63,715 nt of DNA, from contig JAJRTU010000321.1 of the NCBI GenBank assembly GCA_024278135.1, positions 1 to 63,715 on the forward strand, given 5' to 3'. Source of the stretch: Gammaproteobacteria bacterium (lineage in GTDB: Bacteria; Pseudomonadota; Gammaproteobacteria; Eutrophobiales; Eutrophobiaceae). The translations under genes were made by a program, and so were the position numbers. Under the pieces are notes generated by a model. That model ran no database searches. It saw only the letters and a program-made list of their open reading frames with translations, and was not told the origin of the DNA. This document shows, in pieces, positions 20,191 through 31,555 of the stretch (position 1 is its first letter; each line of letters starts with the position of its first letter).

Positions 20191-21279
20191 ATGAAAATAC
20201 GAGTCGTCCCTGGAAGCTGTTTATTTATTTTGCTGCTCCCTTTTTTTGTCTTTGCCGGGGACAAGGCGAGGCCAGTCAGTGTCGTGACTGTTGTTGTCGC
20301 GCCGGTGCAGGACGAAATCCTGCTGATTGGCAGTGTGACCGCCCGCCGTGTTTCCAGAATTTCACCCAGGATCGACGGTTTTATTTCGGCCATGCTGGTG
20401 GACGAGGGAGATGAGGTCAGGGCGGGCGATGCGCTGTTGCGTCTTGATCCGGTTATGGCGAAGCTGGGTCTGGAGCGGGCCCGGGCACAGGTGCAGGAAG
20501 CCGAGGCCGCGTTGAATGAAGCCGGACGACAACGCGATGAGGCCGCCGAGTTGCTGAAGGAAAAGCATATCTCCGCCACCATTCATGAAGCCAGCCTGGC
20601 CGAGGTTAATATAAAAACAGCGGCACTCAAACGTTTACAGGCCGAATTCAGCCAGCAGCGGGAGAGAGTGGCCCGTCATATTATCTATGCCCCCTTTACA
20701 GGAGTGGTGGCACGCAAGGAGGTGGAGGTGGGCCAGTGGGTGGAGACCAGCACGGTATTAATCGAACTGGTGGAAATCAGTTTCTTGCGTGTTGATGTTC
20801 CGGTACCGCAAATCTATTTTGAGCAGATAAGGCAGGGCACAGCGACAACGATAAAATTTGATGCCTTGCCCGGGCGCAGTTTCGATGGAAAAGTCAGTAT
20901 AAAAATCCCGGTGGGAAACGCTTCGGCACGCACATTTCCGATACGAATGGAAATAGATAATGCTGAAGGCCTGATAGCGCCGGGTATGTCGGCGAGAGTG
21001 AGCATCAAACTGGAGCAGGCCAGACAGGCGATGTTATTGCCGCGGGATGCCATTATCAGGAAACCGGACGACAGTGAGTCAATCTGGATGCTGGTCAACG
21101 ATAATGATCAGATGAAGGCACGTCCCGTACCGGTACAAACCGGCCGGGCCTACCGTGGCAATGTCGAAGTGTTTGCCGCAGGTTTGCATGTCGGTGACAA
21201 AGTGATTGTCCGTGGCAATGAGATCCTGCAGGTGGATCAACTGGTGTATATTGCCAGAGAACATGAACTGAAACTGTAA
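20191..21279 (+). CDS. RND efflux periplasmic adaptor (membrane fusion protein)
   Basis: Lipoyl/barrel-sandwich and helical hairpin; EGDEVRAGD, APFTGVV, RTFPIR, PGMSA, GDKVIVRG. Confidence 0.9.
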   Translation: MKIRVVPGSCLFILLLPFFVFAGDKARPVSVVTVVVAPVQDEILLIGSVTARRVSRISPRIDGFISAMLVDEGDEVRAGDALLRLDPVMAKLGLERARAQVQEAEAALNEAGRQRDEAAELLKEKHISATIHEASLAEVNIKTAALKRLQAEFSQQRERVARHIIYAPFTGVVARKEVEVGQWVETSTVLIELVEISFLRVDVPVPQIYFEQIRQGTATTIKFDALPGRSFDGKVSIKIPVGNASARTFPIRMEIDNAEGLIAPGMSARVSIKLEQARQAMLLPRDAIIRKPDDSESIWMLVNDNDQMKARPVPVQTGRAYRGNVEVFAAGLHVGDKVIVRGNEILQVDQLVYIAREHELKL

Positions 21280-21283
21280 GTCG

Positions 21284-24200
21284 ATGTTCAAGTTCGCCAT
21301 AGAGAAGCCGGTCATTCTGACAGTGATCATTCTTATTGTTTGTCTGTTTGGCGTACTCGCCGCATTTCGCGTACCGATCCAGATGATTCCGGATCTGGAT
21401 GTGCGTGCTGTCAGCGTAAGCACCCGCTGGGCCGGTGCGACACCACAGGATGTGGAACAGGAAATTATAATAGAACAGGAAGAATATTTACGTCGAATCC
21501 CCTCACTGGAACGAATGATATCGCGAGCCAGTACCGGTCGGGCGCAGATTGAACTGGAATTTCCCAACGGCACCGATATCAATGAAGTGCTGATCCGTGT
21601 CAACAACGCCCTGTCTCAGGTGTCGGCATATCCGGAAAATGTGGATGAGCCGAGGATAGTCACCAGTTCCATTTCGGATAACCCGTTTATGTTTTTTCGC
21701 ACCACCGCCCTGGCAGGCAACCCGCTGAAGGTAAACATAGTACAGATGCGGGATTTTCTGGAAGATCATGTGCGAACTCAGATCGAAAGAGTGCCGGGTG
21801 TATCGGAAGTACAGGTGTGGGGTGGTGCCGAACGGCAGATACGTATTTATATTGATCCGGTCAAACTGGCGGAAAGACAGTTAAGTCTCATTGATGTACG
21901 CAATGCCATACGCTCCCGCAATCGTGACGTTTCCGGTGGTGATCTGGATAGCGGCAAGCGCCGCTATTTATTACGTACTGTCGGGCGTTTCAACAGTTTG
22001 GACGAGATTGAAAAGATGGTGATCGGGCGCCGTGACGATGCGCTTATCCGTTTAAGTGATGTCGGATATGCGGAGTTGTCGAATTCTGAAATCCGCGCTT
22101 ATTCGTACAGCCACGGCTTGCCCAATATCACCATGGGTGTGCGTCGGCAGGTAGGCTCCAACGTGGTTGAGGTAATGGATGCTGTCATGGAGAAGGTGGA
22201 AGCCTTGAACAAAGGCATCCTGAAACAACGCGGTATTGAAATGCAACTGAACAGCGACGATGTCAAGTATGTAAAAGAGTCCATCAAGAATGTTCGTCGT
22301 AATCTGATCATCGGCGGATTGCTGGCAACGCTCGTACTGTTTCTGTTTTTACGCTCGGTTTCCGCCACACTTACCGGCGCCCTGGGCATACCCATCTGTA
22401 CGATTGCGGCTTTTCTCGGCCTGCTGCTTACCGGACGAACTATCAATGTGATTTCTTTGGCCGGCATTGCCTTTGCCATCGGCATGACCCTGGATAACAG
22501 CATCGTTGTGCTGGAAAATATCTATCGCCATATGGACGAAGGCAAACAGCGCGCACAGGCTGCGCTGGACGGTGTCCGGGAAGTCTGGCCGGCCGTGCTG
22601 GCCTCGACATTGACAACAGTATTTGTATTTCTCCCCGTTATTTTTATAAAGGATGAAGCCGGGCAGCTTTATTCCGATATTGCTGTGGCTATTTCCGCCT
22701 CAATACTGATGTCTATGCTGCTGGCCATCACACTGGTTCCTGCAGCCTGCAGCCGTTTTTTGCAGCCCGCCGCTGTCAGAACGTCTGCAGGATTTAATTT
22801 GTTTTATCTGGGCAGAATCTGCGGTGACACTGTTATGCGATTTGTGACCTGGCTGATGCAGGGGCTGTTCCGACGTTTGCTGCTGATCAGCGGCATCCTC
22901 GTTCTGGTAGCCCTGATTATTTTTAATTTGACCCCACGCGCGGAATATCTGCCTGAAGGCGAGGAGCAAAAGATATTCACTTTAATCTTCTCGCCACCGG
23001 GTTATAACATTGAAGAAATGCATAAAATCTATAAGCGACTGGATAATTATTTTGTACCTTACATAGGCGATGATCCGGCGAAATTTGCAAACGGAGAAAC
23101 GGAAGTACCCGGTCTGAATTACGTCATGGGTTATGCCCGGGCAAATTCCATCCTGTTGTTGCCGGAAGCCACCTCGCGTCATCAGGTGGAAGCGCTGAAG
23201 GAAATAGTAAGCCGTAAAATCAATGAAATTCCCGGTGTTATCGCATTCGCCTCCCGCGGTTCCATATTCTCCAGTAACACCGGCGGGAGTCGCAGTATCA
23301 ATCTTGAACTCTCGGGAAGCGATCTGGTGGCCTTGTTTGATGCCGGTTTCCGGGCCTTCATCAAATCCAAACAAATCTTTGATAACCCGCAGGTTCGGCC
23401 ACAACCGTCCAGCCTGTCACTGGGACAACCCCTGCTGGAAATACGCCCGGACTGGGAACGTGCCGCTGAACTGGCTATCGATACCGACGATCTCGGCTAT
23501 ACCATCTGGGCCTACACGGACGGCGCCTATGTCGATGAATTTTTTCTTGATGATGACAAGATCGACATGTTCCTGTTTTCCACACAAGGGGCTGTTGAAC
23601 GACCTCAGGATCTCGACAGGCTGATGTTGTATTCAAGCGAGGGTGGTGTCATTCCACTGTCATCGCTTGCCAGGATCAAAGAGACGGTCAATACCGAAAC
23701 TATCCGACGGGTGGACGGTGTGCGTACGATCACACTGGGAATTATACCTCCACGGGGTATTCCTCTTGAGACGGGTGTTGAGATTGTCAAAAAAGAATTA
23801 ATCCGGGGTTTAAAGGACAGCGGCGAAATAAACAATGATATCCACATGCAAATTACCGGCGCCAGTGATCATCTGCAGGCGACACGCAGTGCCCTGAGCG
23901 GAAATTTTCTGATAGCTGTATTGATCTCGTATTTGCTGATGGTGGCGATCTTTTCTCACTGGGCTTACCCACTGGTGATTATTACTACCGTACCGGTCGG
24001 TATTGCCAGCAGTATATTCGGTTTGTGGTTGATGAACGCCGTTGGTGCACACATGGATTTAATCGGTCTGGCAAAGCTGCACCAGCCATTTGATGTCATC
24101 ACTATGCTGGGTTTTCTAATACTGATTGGTACGGTCGTGAATAATCCGATATTGATCGTTGATCGAAGTGTGAGGAATATAACTCTGCGGGGAATGGCAA

Positions 24201-24472
24201 TCAATGAGGCGATATTGGAGAGTACTCGTACCCGACTTCGCCCGATAATGATGTCGAGCATTACAACAGTGTTTGGCTTATCGCCCCTGGTATTCAGTCC
24301 CGGTGCCGGTACTGAGCTCTATCGTGGTCTTGGGGCGATTGTTTTATTTGGATTGTTGTTTTCAACACTGATCACATTGATCTTTATGCCCACCGTCCTC
24401 TCCCTGGTATTGCAGCTGCGTGAAAAACTGCTTGCAGGTAAACCGATATCCGTCGTCCCGGGTGAAAAGTGA
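21284..24472 (+). CDS. RND permease (AcrB/AcrD/AcrF family)
   Basis: 1062 aa; GMTLDNSIVVLENI, ASTLTT, GTVVNNPIL, RLRPIMMS. Confidence 0.93.
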   Translation: MFKFAIEKPVILTVIILIVCLFGVLAAFRVPIQMIPDLDVRAVSVSTRWAGATPQDVEQEIIIEQEEYLRRIPSLERMISRASTGRAQIELEFPNGTDINEVLIRVNNALSQVSAYPENVDEPRIVTSSISDNPFMFFRTTALAGNPLKVNIVQMRDFLEDHVRTQIERVPGVSEVQVWGGAERQIRIYIDPVKLAERQLSLIDVRNAIRSRNRDVSGGDLDSGKRRYLLRTVGRFNSLDEIEKMVIGRRDDALIRLSDVGYAELSNSEIRAYSYSHGLPNITMGVRRQVGSNVVEVMDAVMEKVEALNKGILKQRGIEMQLNSDDVKYVKESIKNVRRNLIIGGLLATLVLFLFLRSVSATLTGALGIPICTIAAFLGLLLTGRTINVISLAGIAFAIGMTLDNSIVVLENIYRHMDEGKQRAQAALDGVREVWPAVLASTLTTVFVFLPVIFIKDEAGQLYSDIAVAISASILMSMLLAITLVPAACSRFLQPAAVRTSAGFNLFYLGRICGDTVMRFVTWLMQGLFRRLLLISGILVLVALIIFNLTPRAEYLPEGEEQKIFTLIFSPPGYNIEEMHKIYKRLDNYFVPYIGDDPAKFANGETEVPGLNYVMGYARANSILLLPEATSRHQVEALKEIVSRKINEIPGVIAFASRGSIFSSNTGGSRSINLELSGSDLVALFDAGFRAFIKSKQIFDNPQVRPQPSSLSLGQPLLEIRPDWERAAELAIDTDDLGYTIWAYTDGAYVDEFFLDDDKIDMFLFSTQGAVERPQDLDRLMLYSSEGGVIPLSSLARIKETVNTETIRRVDGVRTITLGIIPPRGIPLETGVEIVKKELIRGLKDSGEINNDIHMQITGASDHLQATRSALSGNFLIAVLISYLLMVAIFSHWAYPLVIITTVPVGIASSIFGLWLMNAVGAHMDLIGLAKLHQPFDVITMLGFLILIGTVVNNPILIVDRSVRNITLRGMAINEAILESTRTRLRPIMMSSITTVFGLSPLVFSPGAGTELYRGLGAIVLFGLLFSTLITLIFMPTVLSLVLQLREKLLAGKPISVVPGEK

Positions 24473-25650
24473 CCAGTCATTCTGTCGAGGGCTTAAATCA
24501 CGAACCGCCTTTATCCCTGTATATTCACTTGCCATGGTGTGTGAAAAAGTGCCCTTACTGTGATTTTAATTCCCATGAATTCAGATCCGCCACGCTGGCG
24601 GAAAAGACCTATACCCGTGCATTGATTCAGGATCTTGAATACTCACTGCCGGGAATCGTCCAGCGGCAGATCACCAGTGTTTTTATCGGTGGAGGGACAC
24701 CCAGTTTATTTTCCGCTGCGGCGCTGGCGGAGATGCTCCATGCCGTGCGCGCGCGGTTTTCGTTAAAACCGGAAACGGAAATTACCCTTGAGGCCAACCC
24801 GGGGACAGCTGAAGCAGAACGGTTTAAAGTTTATCGTGAAATTGGAATTAACCGCCTGTCCATTGGTGTGCAGAGTTTTGATGATGGCAAGCTAAGCAGT
24901 TTGGGACGTATTCATGATGGCAATGAAGCGCTCAGAGCGATAGGGATGGCGGTGGAAGCGGGTTTTAAAAATATAAATATAGATCTGATGTTTGGTCTGC
25001 CCGGGCAGACTCTTGATGAGGCGCTGACGGATTTGCGCACGGCATGTGCGCAGCCGGTCACCCATATTTCCTGGTATCAACTGACCATCGAGGCGAATAC
25101 TGTTTTCTACCGCTATCCCCCTCCGTTGCCGGTGGATGATGAGCTCTGGAAAATGCAAATGCAAGGGCTGGATTTTTTGAATGACGAGGGTTTTGATCAA
25201 TATGAGATTTCCGCCTGTGCAAGGACGGACCGACAATGTCACCACAACCTGAACTACTGGCGATTCGGTGATTATCTCGGTATCGGTGCGGGTGCCCACA
25301 GCAAGCTGACAGACGCCGGAAATAATCAGATAAGGCGTTTTGTCCGCCATCGTCTGCCGGAGGCTTACATGCAAAAGGCGGGCGGCAGAGAAGTTATTGT
25401 TGAGGAAAGGCCGTTGGCACGGGAGGATGTTATCCTGGAATTCATGATGAATGCCCTGCGCCTGCGCGAGGGTTTCTCATCAAGCCTGTTTTCTGCGCAC
25501 ACAGGTTTGGAGATCGAAGATATTCGCCCTCTGCTGGATATTGCCGGCACACGCGGTTTCATCCTGCTACAGGGCGATGTCATCAAGGCAACGGAGATCG
25601 GTAAAAATCATCTAAATGAATTACTGCAGATTTTTATGCCGCCGGATTAA
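24469..25650 (+). CDS. hemW: Radical SAM heme chaperone HemW
   Basis: LYIHLPWCVKKCPYCDFNS, GGGTPS, EANP, HNLNYW. Confidence 0.93.
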   Translation: MTSHSVEGLNHEPPLSLYIHLPWCVKKCPYCDFNSHEFRSATLAEKTYTRALIQDLEYSLPGIVQRQITSVFIGGGTPSLFSAAALAEMLHAVRARFSLKPETEITLEANPGTAEAERFKVYREIGINRLSIGVQSFDDGKLSSLGRIHDGNEALRAIGMAVEAGFKNINIDLMFGLPGQTLDEALTDLRTACAQPVTHISWYQLTIEANTVFYRYPPPLPVDDELWKMQMQGLDFLNDEGFDQYEISACARTDRQCHHNLNYWRFGDYLGIGAGAHSKLTDAGNNQIRRFVRHRLPEAYMQKAGGREVIVEERPLAREDVILEFMMNALRLREGFSSSLFSAHTGLEIEDIRPLLDIAGTRGFILLQGDVIKATEIGKNHLNELLQIFMPPD

Positions 25651-25983
25651 CGCCGGGCCGTATTGTCAGGAGTCAATATGACAGATCCGGTGACGGATAC
25701 AGACAGGTATCGCCACCAGCTTGTTGTACCATGAAATTGGCGGATGTCGGCCTGTCCGGCTTTCAGTGCGAGTTTTTCATGTCTGCCGGAGAAACCGCGC
25801 CGAACAGGCGTTCCGAATACCCGCATATTCACCTGGACAGAACGCGCAGACGAGGACAAAAATCAGCAAATTTGGACAGAATGTGTCTCTGGATAACAGA
25901 CAGGCGAAGCCCGAAGGCTTTCGGGGTCGACGCATCGCCAAAGAATGCGTATTGTCAGCGTATTCACGCACAACACTATCACG

Positions 25984-27879
25984 ATGCAAGAACATAGAAA
26001 TTCCTTACAGGCCGGTTATCGCCTGCACTGGTATGTAATCAAAAGGATCCTGGGACAGGGTGGTTTTGGTATTACCTATCTTGCCGAGGATACCAATCTG
26101 AACCAGCAGGTGGCGATCAAGGAATATCTGCCGATCGAATTGGCCGTGCGCGAACAGGATGCTTCCATATACCCGGTCTCGGGAAAACATGGCGAGCAAT
26201 TCAGCTGGGGACTGGATCGATTTATGAGTGAAGCACAGACCCTGGCACAGTTCAAGCATCCCAATATAGTGCGCGTACTCACGGTCTTTCCCGAGAATAA
26301 TACCGCCTACATGGTCATGGAATATGAAAAGGGTCAGGCCATGCACGAGTTATTGCAGGAAAAGAAAATTCTGACGGAGAGTGAACTGAGTAAAATTTAT
26401 TTGCCTGTGCTGGACGGTCTGGAGCAGGTACACAATGCCGGTTTTATTCATCGGGATATCAAACCCCCGAATATCTTTATACGCGCCGACGGCTCTCCCG
26501 TGTTACTGGATTTCGGTTCAGCCCGGCAATCTCTTGGTGAAAAGACCCATACGCTGACCAGCATGGTCTCACCGGGTTTCGCACCGTTCGAGCAATACGT
26601 CAGCAAGAGCGACAAACAGGGGCCCTGGACGGATATATACGGACTGGCAGCGACCTTGTACCGCTCTGTTACAGGTCGTTCCCCGGCTGAGGCGATGGAT
26701 CGCAGTGAAGCATTGCTGCATACACACAGAGATTCATTTGTCGGCGCGGCCGAAATCAGTCCGGAGGGTTATTCCCGGGCCTTTCTTGCCGCTATTGACC
26801 ATGCCCTTGCGTTCAGATCGGAAGACAGACCACAGTCCATTTATCAATGGCGGGCGGAATTGACACAGACCTCCGCCGGCTCACAATACAGCGAAGCGGA
26901 AACAATACAGGCGCTGCCGGCAACGGACCTTTCCGCAGAAAATGTCGGCAGTCCGACTACCGCAAAAATCACCATGATGGTCGATGAACCTGCCGGTGAA
27001 AGCAGCGAAAATACCGCCAAAGACAAACCTTTACGCTGGTATCGCAAACCTTTACAGGTCATTGCTGTTGTATTTGGCATTTTATTACTGCTGATAATAC
27101 TGGATGAATCCGGCAAACAGGGTAAAGAAGACAAGTCGACGGTAGTGGGAGAAACAGTATCGGGTCAGCGGGATGCAGCAAGAGATGAAATTGATAAATT
27201 CCCTGACTCCCCTTTGTCGGAAACAAAGGGTTCGGCTCCACTGGCCGGAGCAAGCGACAGTCCGGTCAACATCGCACAGTTGTTGCAGGGCGCTGCCGAA
27301 GATATCAGTGCATTACGACTGACGTCTCCGGCGGGAAATAATGCGCTGGATAAATACCGCCAGGTACTGACACGGGAACCGGACAATAAAGCGGCACTGG
27401 CCGGGATGGACAATATTGCCGGTAAATATGTGGAAATGGCACAAAAAGCACTGCAGGATGGCAATGCTCAGCATGCCGCGCTATATCTGGACAAGGCCTC
27501 TCGTTTGAACAGTCGGCATGCTGAGATACCGGCTCTGAAAAAAGCTATTGCGGAGCATCAACACAGCACTGCCAGTGCGGATCGCCGCGAAAATGATTCA
27601 CTTCCCGCAAAAGCCGGCAATGTCATCAGCAGCAGTGACAGGCGCAAGCTGGCGCGGCTGCAGAGACAGCTGGCCCGTGATCCGGATAACCGGAAAGCCA
27701 AACAGGCCCTGCTCAGGCTGGGTAGCAAATATGAAGCCCTGGTGGAGAAGGCAATAAAAAACAGGCAATATGATCTTGCCGAATCCTATGTGAAAGCGGC
27801 AATAAAATTCTCGCCTGACAGTAAAAAATTGCACGAAACCCTGCAGGAAATAAGCTCCAGAAGAGCGGCTGATCACTGA
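25984..27879 (+). CDS. Membrane Hanks-type Ser/Thr protein kinase with periplasmic TPR-like region
   Basis: LGQGGFGITY, VAIKE, HRDIKPPN, DFG, APFEQ, TDIYG; TM VIAVVFGILLLLIIL; LTSPAGNNALDKYRQVL. Confidence 0.9.
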   Translation: MQEHRNSLQAGYRLHWYVIKRILGQGGFGITYLAEDTNLNQQVAIKEYLPIELAVREQDASIYPVSGKHGEQFSWGLDRFMSEAQTLAQFKHPNIVRVLTVFPENNTAYMVMEYEKGQAMHELLQEKKILTESELSKIYLPVLDGLEQVHNAGFIHRDIKPPNIFIRADGSPVLLDFGSARQSLGEKTHTLTSMVSPGFAPFEQYVSKSDKQGPWTDIYGLAATLYRSVTGRSPAEAMDRSEALLHTHRDSFVGAAEISPEGYSRAFLAAIDHALAFRSEDRPQSIYQWRAELTQTSAGSQYSEAETIQALPATDLSAENVGSPTTAKITMMVDEPAGESSENTAKDKPLRWYRKPLQVIAVVFGILLLLIILDESGKQGKEDKSTVVGETVSGQRDAARDEIDKFPDSPLSETKGSAPLAGASDSPVNIAQLLQGAAEDISALRLTSPAGNNALDKYRQVLTREPDNKAALAGMDNIAGKYVEMAQKALQDGNAQHAALYLDKASRLNSRHAEIPALKKAIAEHQHSTASADRRENDSLPAKAGNVISSSDRRKLARLQRQLARDPDNRKAKQALLRLGSKYEALVEKAIKNRQYDLAESYVKAAIKFSPDSKKLHETLQEISSRRAADH

Positions 27880-27916
27880 CAGCTTGAACCGGACACAAAT
27901 TGACAGGTACCCATGA

Positions 27917-28471
27917 ATGTCTTCCTCCCTGGCACATACGATTAAAAGTCGTCGAACCATACATCGATTCAAAACCGGTGAGATACCGTCCGTTGAGCTG
28001 ATCAAACTGGCCATAGAGCACGCGATCTGGGCGCCCAATCATCATTTAAGCCAGCCATGGCAATTTTACCTGCTCGGGCCACGTACGGCTGAGCTTGTTT
28101 GTCAGCTGAACGCCGAACTGGTGCGGGAAAAAATGGGTGAAAAGGCAGCCGGGATCAAGCTGAAACGCTGGCGCGAAATACCGGGCTGGCTGGTACTTTG
28201 CTGTGATATCGCTGAAGATGACATCAGAAAACAGGAAGACTATGCCGCCTGCTGCTGTGTGGCGCAGAATTTGTCGTTGTATTTGTGGGAAGAGGGTGTC
28301 GGCATGAAATGGACGACGGGCACAGTCACAAGAGATCAACGCTTCTATGACATTATCGGCATTGATGTGCAACGACAGAGCATTGTCGGCCTGTTCTGGT
28401 ATGGTTTTCCAGCACAAATCCCGCAGGCGGAGCGAAAACCGTCAGCAGACAGGTTGGTGATATTGCCCTGA
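27917..28471 (+). CDS. Nitroreductase family protein (YdjA-like)
   Basis: IKSRRTIHRF, APNHHLSQPWQF, QNLSL, WTTG. Confidence 0.85.
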   Translation: MSSSLAHTIKSRRTIHRFKTGEIPSVELIKLAIEHAIWAPNHHLSQPWQFYLLGPRTAELVCQLNAELVREKMGEKAAGIKLKRWREIPGWLVLCCDIAEDDIRKQEDYAACCCVAQNLSLYLWEEGVGMKWTTGTVTRDQRFYDIIGIDVQRQSIVGLFWYGFPAQIPQAERKPSADRLVILP

Positions 28472-28712
28472 GCATTATCGGACCGGCACAGCAAGCAGAC
28501 TGCTCTGTTCTCAGGCCGTTTCAGGAATCAGTATCGGCACTAAATGAAGTTTTCTTGTTGGTGATCAATAAATTCGTAAACAAATCAGTGCCTGGCACAG
28601 CTGTTGGTTGTATAATGCCTGCGTTAAATGATATGTGCTTTTAATTAACAGAAATTATCGTTTGATTTATCGAGCCGACAGTATGACGACGGCCCTGAAA
28701 TAAATACTAATA

Positions 28713-29072
28713 ATGATGTTGGAAAACTATTTGCCAATTTTGATATTTCTGATACTCGGGCTGGGGCTGGGTGTCGTTATGTTCGCCATGGGTTATTTTA
28801 TGGGTCCGAACCGGCCCAACAGTAAAAAGGCCTCGCCCTATGAATGCGGTTTCGAAGCATTCGAAGATGCCCGGATGAAATTTGATGTACGTTATTATCT
28901 GGTCGCCATCATGTTCATTATATTTGATCTCGAAATTGCTTTCCTGTTCCCCTGGGCAGTTGCTCTTGAGGGTATTGGTATGGCAGGATTCTGGGCGATG
29001 ATGATATTTCTTGCCGTACTGGTCGTTGGTTTTATCTATGAGTGGCGACAAGGAGCGCTGGAATGGGAATAG
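28713..29072 (+). CDS. nuoA: NADH-quinone oxidoreductase subunit A
   Basis: [29 protein letters not shown]. Confidence 0.97.
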   Translation: MMLENYLPILIFLILGLGLGVVMFAMGYFMGPNRPNSKKASPYECGFEAFEDARMKFDVRYYLVAIMFIIFDLEIAFLFPWAVALEGIGMAGFWAMMIFLAVLVVGFIYEWRQGALEWE

Positions 29073-29548
29073 ACGAACAGATTGATGATCGTAATTTTGC
29101 TGTCACGACCGCTGATAATCTGGTGAACTGGGCACGTACCGGCTCTATGTGGCCGATGACCTTTGGTCTGGCCTGTTGTGCGATAGAAATGATGCACGCT
29201 GGCGCATCGCGTTATGATCTGGATCGTTTCGGTGTGATTTTTCGTCCCAGCCCACGCCAGTCAGATGTCATGATCATCGCCGGCACGCTCACCAATAAAA
29301 TGGCACCTGCCCTGCGCAAGGTCTATGAACAGATGCCGGAACCCCGCTGGGTGATTTCCATGGGATCCTGTGCCAATGGTGGTGGTTATTATCATTATTC
29401 CTATTCTGTCGTGCGCGGCTGTGACCGCATCGTTCCGGTTGATATATATGTCCCGGGCTGTCCGCCGACGGCGGAGGCTCTTTTATTTGGTATTATTCAA
29501 CTGCAAAAGAAAATCAAACGCACTGGCCAGAACACCTTTTTACGCTAA
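29063..29548 (+). CDS. nuoB: NADH-quinone oxidoreductase subunit B
   Basis: [29 protein letters not shown]. Confidence 0.97.
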   Translation: MGIDEQIDDRNFAVTTADNLVNWARTGSMWPMTFGLACCAIEMMHAGASRYDLDRFGVIFRPSPRQSDVMIIAGTLTNKMAPALRKVYEQMPEPRWVISMGSCANGGGYYHYSYSVVRGCDRIVPVDIYVPGCPPTAEALLFGIIQLQKKIKRTGQNTFLR

Positions 29549-29572
29549 TATCACCTTGAAGAAGTACTCAGT

Positions 29573-30265
29573 ATGACGGCAGCATTAAAAACGTTTCACG
29601 AGCAGTTACGCCAGCGATTTGGTGGCAAACTGCTTTCGTCGAAGATTGCCACTGGCCAGGTGACGCTGGAACTCGTACCCGCCAGCCTGATAGAAGTGTG
29701 TCGTGCCCTGCACGATGAAGAGCAATTTCTGTTTACGCAATTATCCGACCTGTGCGGCATAGATTATCTGGCCTATGGCCAGGTCGACTGGGAAACCCGG
29801 GAGACGAGCAGTACCGGTTTCAGCCGTGGTGTCAGTACCGGCGTTTACCTCGAGAACAAGGAGTTTAGCGCACGCTTTGCCGTGGTCTACCATCTCCTTT
29901 CAATAGAGCATAATCGTCGTGTCAGGCTGCGTTGTTTCATTGATGATGAGCCGGCACGTGTCAGTTCCGTCAGTTCTATCTGGTCCTCGGCAAACTGGTA
30001 TGAGAGAGAGACATTCGATCTGTTCGGCATTATGTTTGATGGGCACCCGGATCTCCGACGTATATTGACGGATTACGGTTTTATCGGGCATCCCTTCCGC
30101 AAGGATTTTCCTCTGGAAGGTAACGTTGAAGTACGTTACGACCCGGATAAAGGTCGTGTTGTCTATCAGCCCGTGACAATCAAAAACCGGGTATTGGTGC
30201 CAAGGGTAATCAGACAGGACAATCGCTGTGAAAATAGAGAAGATCTGAATACCGACAATGATTAG
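29573..30265 (+). CDS. nuoC: NADH-quinone oxidoreductase subunit C
   Basis: WYERETFDLFG, HPDLRRILTDYGF.GHPFRKDFPL. Confidence 0.96.
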   Translation: MTAALKTFHEQLRQRFGGKLLSSKIATGQVTLELVPASLIEVCRALHDEEQFLFTQLSDLCGIDYLAYGQVDWETRETSSTGFSRGVSTGVYLENKEFSARFAVVYHLLSIEHNRRVRLRCFIDDEPARVSSVSSIWSSANWYERETFDLFGIMFDGHPDLRRILTDYGFIGHPFRKDFPLEGNVEVRYDPDKGRVVYQPVTIKNRVLVPRVIRQDNRCENREDLNTDND

Positions 30266-30301
30266 TTTTCGTTAATATGCAAGGATTTGGGTAGTTAATC
30301 G

Positions 30302-31555
30302 ATGCCAGAAATAAAAAACATAACAATGAATTTTGGGCCGCAGCATCCTGCCGCTCATGGTGTTTTGCGTCTGGTGCTGGAAATGGACGGTGAGGTGATC
30401 GAGCGTGCCGATCCGCATATTGGCCTGTTACATCGCGGTACCGAAAAGCTGGCCGAGAGCAAGCCCTACAACCAGAGTATCGGTTACATGAACAGGCTCG
30501 ATTATATTTCGATGATGTGTAACGAGCATGCCTATGTTCTGGCGATAGAAAAACTGCTGGGCATCACACCACCTGTACGTGCGCAGTATATCCGGGTCAT
30601 GTATGACGAGATTACACGGATATTGAATCATTTATTCTGGTTGAGTGCGCATGGTCTGGATCTGGGTGCCATGACCATATTTCTCTATTGTTTCAGGGAG
30701 CGCGAGGATCTGCTGGATTGTTATGAAGCGGTATCCGGGACGCGTATGCATGCCACCTATTATCGTCCAGGCGGGGTTTATCGCGATTTGCCGGCGACGA
30801 TGCCGCGCTACAGCACATCAAAATGGCATGATGAAAAGCAGGTGGCCGGAATGAACGAGAATCGGCAGGGTTCCCTGCTGGATTTTATCGACGATTTTAC
30901 CCGGCGTTTCCCTACCTGTATAGACGAATACGAAACGCTGCTGACCGATAATCGTATCTGGAAACAACGTACGGTCGGAATCGGTGTGGTATCGCCGGAA
31001 CGTGCGCTGCAGATGGGTTTTACCGGACCGATGTTACGTGGTTCCGGGGTGGAGTGGGACTTGCGCAAAAAGCAGCCTTATGAAGCTTATGCCGATCTGG
31101 ATTTTGATATAGCCGTCGGTGTGAACGGCGATTGTTACGATCGTTATCTGGTACGCATGGAAGAGATGCATCAGTCAAATAAAATCATCAAGCAATGTGT
31201 GGACTGGTTGCGGGCAAACCCCGGGCCGGTGATCCTGGATGATCATAAACTGGTGCCGCCGCGGCGCGAAAAAATGAAAGATGATATGGAATCATTGATT
31301 CATCATTTTAAATTATTTACCGAAGGTTATTGTGTGCCGGAAGGTGAAGTCTATGCGGCCGTGGAACATCCCAAGGGTGAACTTGGTGTTTATCTGGTTT
31401 CCGACGGTGCCAACAAGCCCTATCGGGTAAAGATTCGCACGACAGGCTTTGCGCATCTGTCATCGATGGATGAAATGGTGAAAGGCCATATGCTGGCTGA
31501 TGTGGTGGCGGTTATCGGTACTCTGGACATTGTTTTCGGTGATGTTGACAGATGA
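30302..31555 (+). CDS. nuoD: NADH-quinone oxidoreductase subunit D
   Basis: [33 protein letters not shown]. Confidence 0.97.
   Translation: MPEIKNITMNFGPQHPAAHGVLRLVLEMDGEVIERADPHIGLLHRGTEKLAESKPYNQSIGYMNRLDYISMMCNEHAYVLAIEKLLGITPPVRAQYIRVMYDEITRILNHLFWLSAHGLDLGAMTIFLYCFREREDLLDCYEAVSGTRMHATYYRPGGVYRDLPATMPRYSTSKWHDEKQVAGMNENRQGSLLDFIDDFTRRFPTCIDEYETLLTDNRIWKQRTVGIGVVSPERALQMGFTGPMLRGSGVEWDLRKKQPYEAYADLDFDIAVGVNGDCYDRYLVRMEEMHQSNKIIKQCVDWLRANPGPVILDDHKLVPPRREKMKDDMESLIHHFKLFTEGYCVPEGEVYAAVEHPKGELGVYLVSDGANKPYRVKIRTTGFAHLSSMDEMVKGHMLADVVAVIGTLDIVFGDVDR

Noticed and set aside
25651..25983. Short ORFs and small hairpins between hemW and the kinase
   Set aside because: The ORFs overlap and have no recognisable motifs or RBS; the hairpins are short and match no RNA family I recognise.
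28472..28712. tRNA-Leu or secG expected before nuoA, and a sigma54-like TGGCAC-N5-TTGG at about 28593
   Set aside because: No cloverleaf or T-loop is present; the -12 element is GG rather than GC, and a sigma70 TATAAT at 28611 is the simpler explanation.
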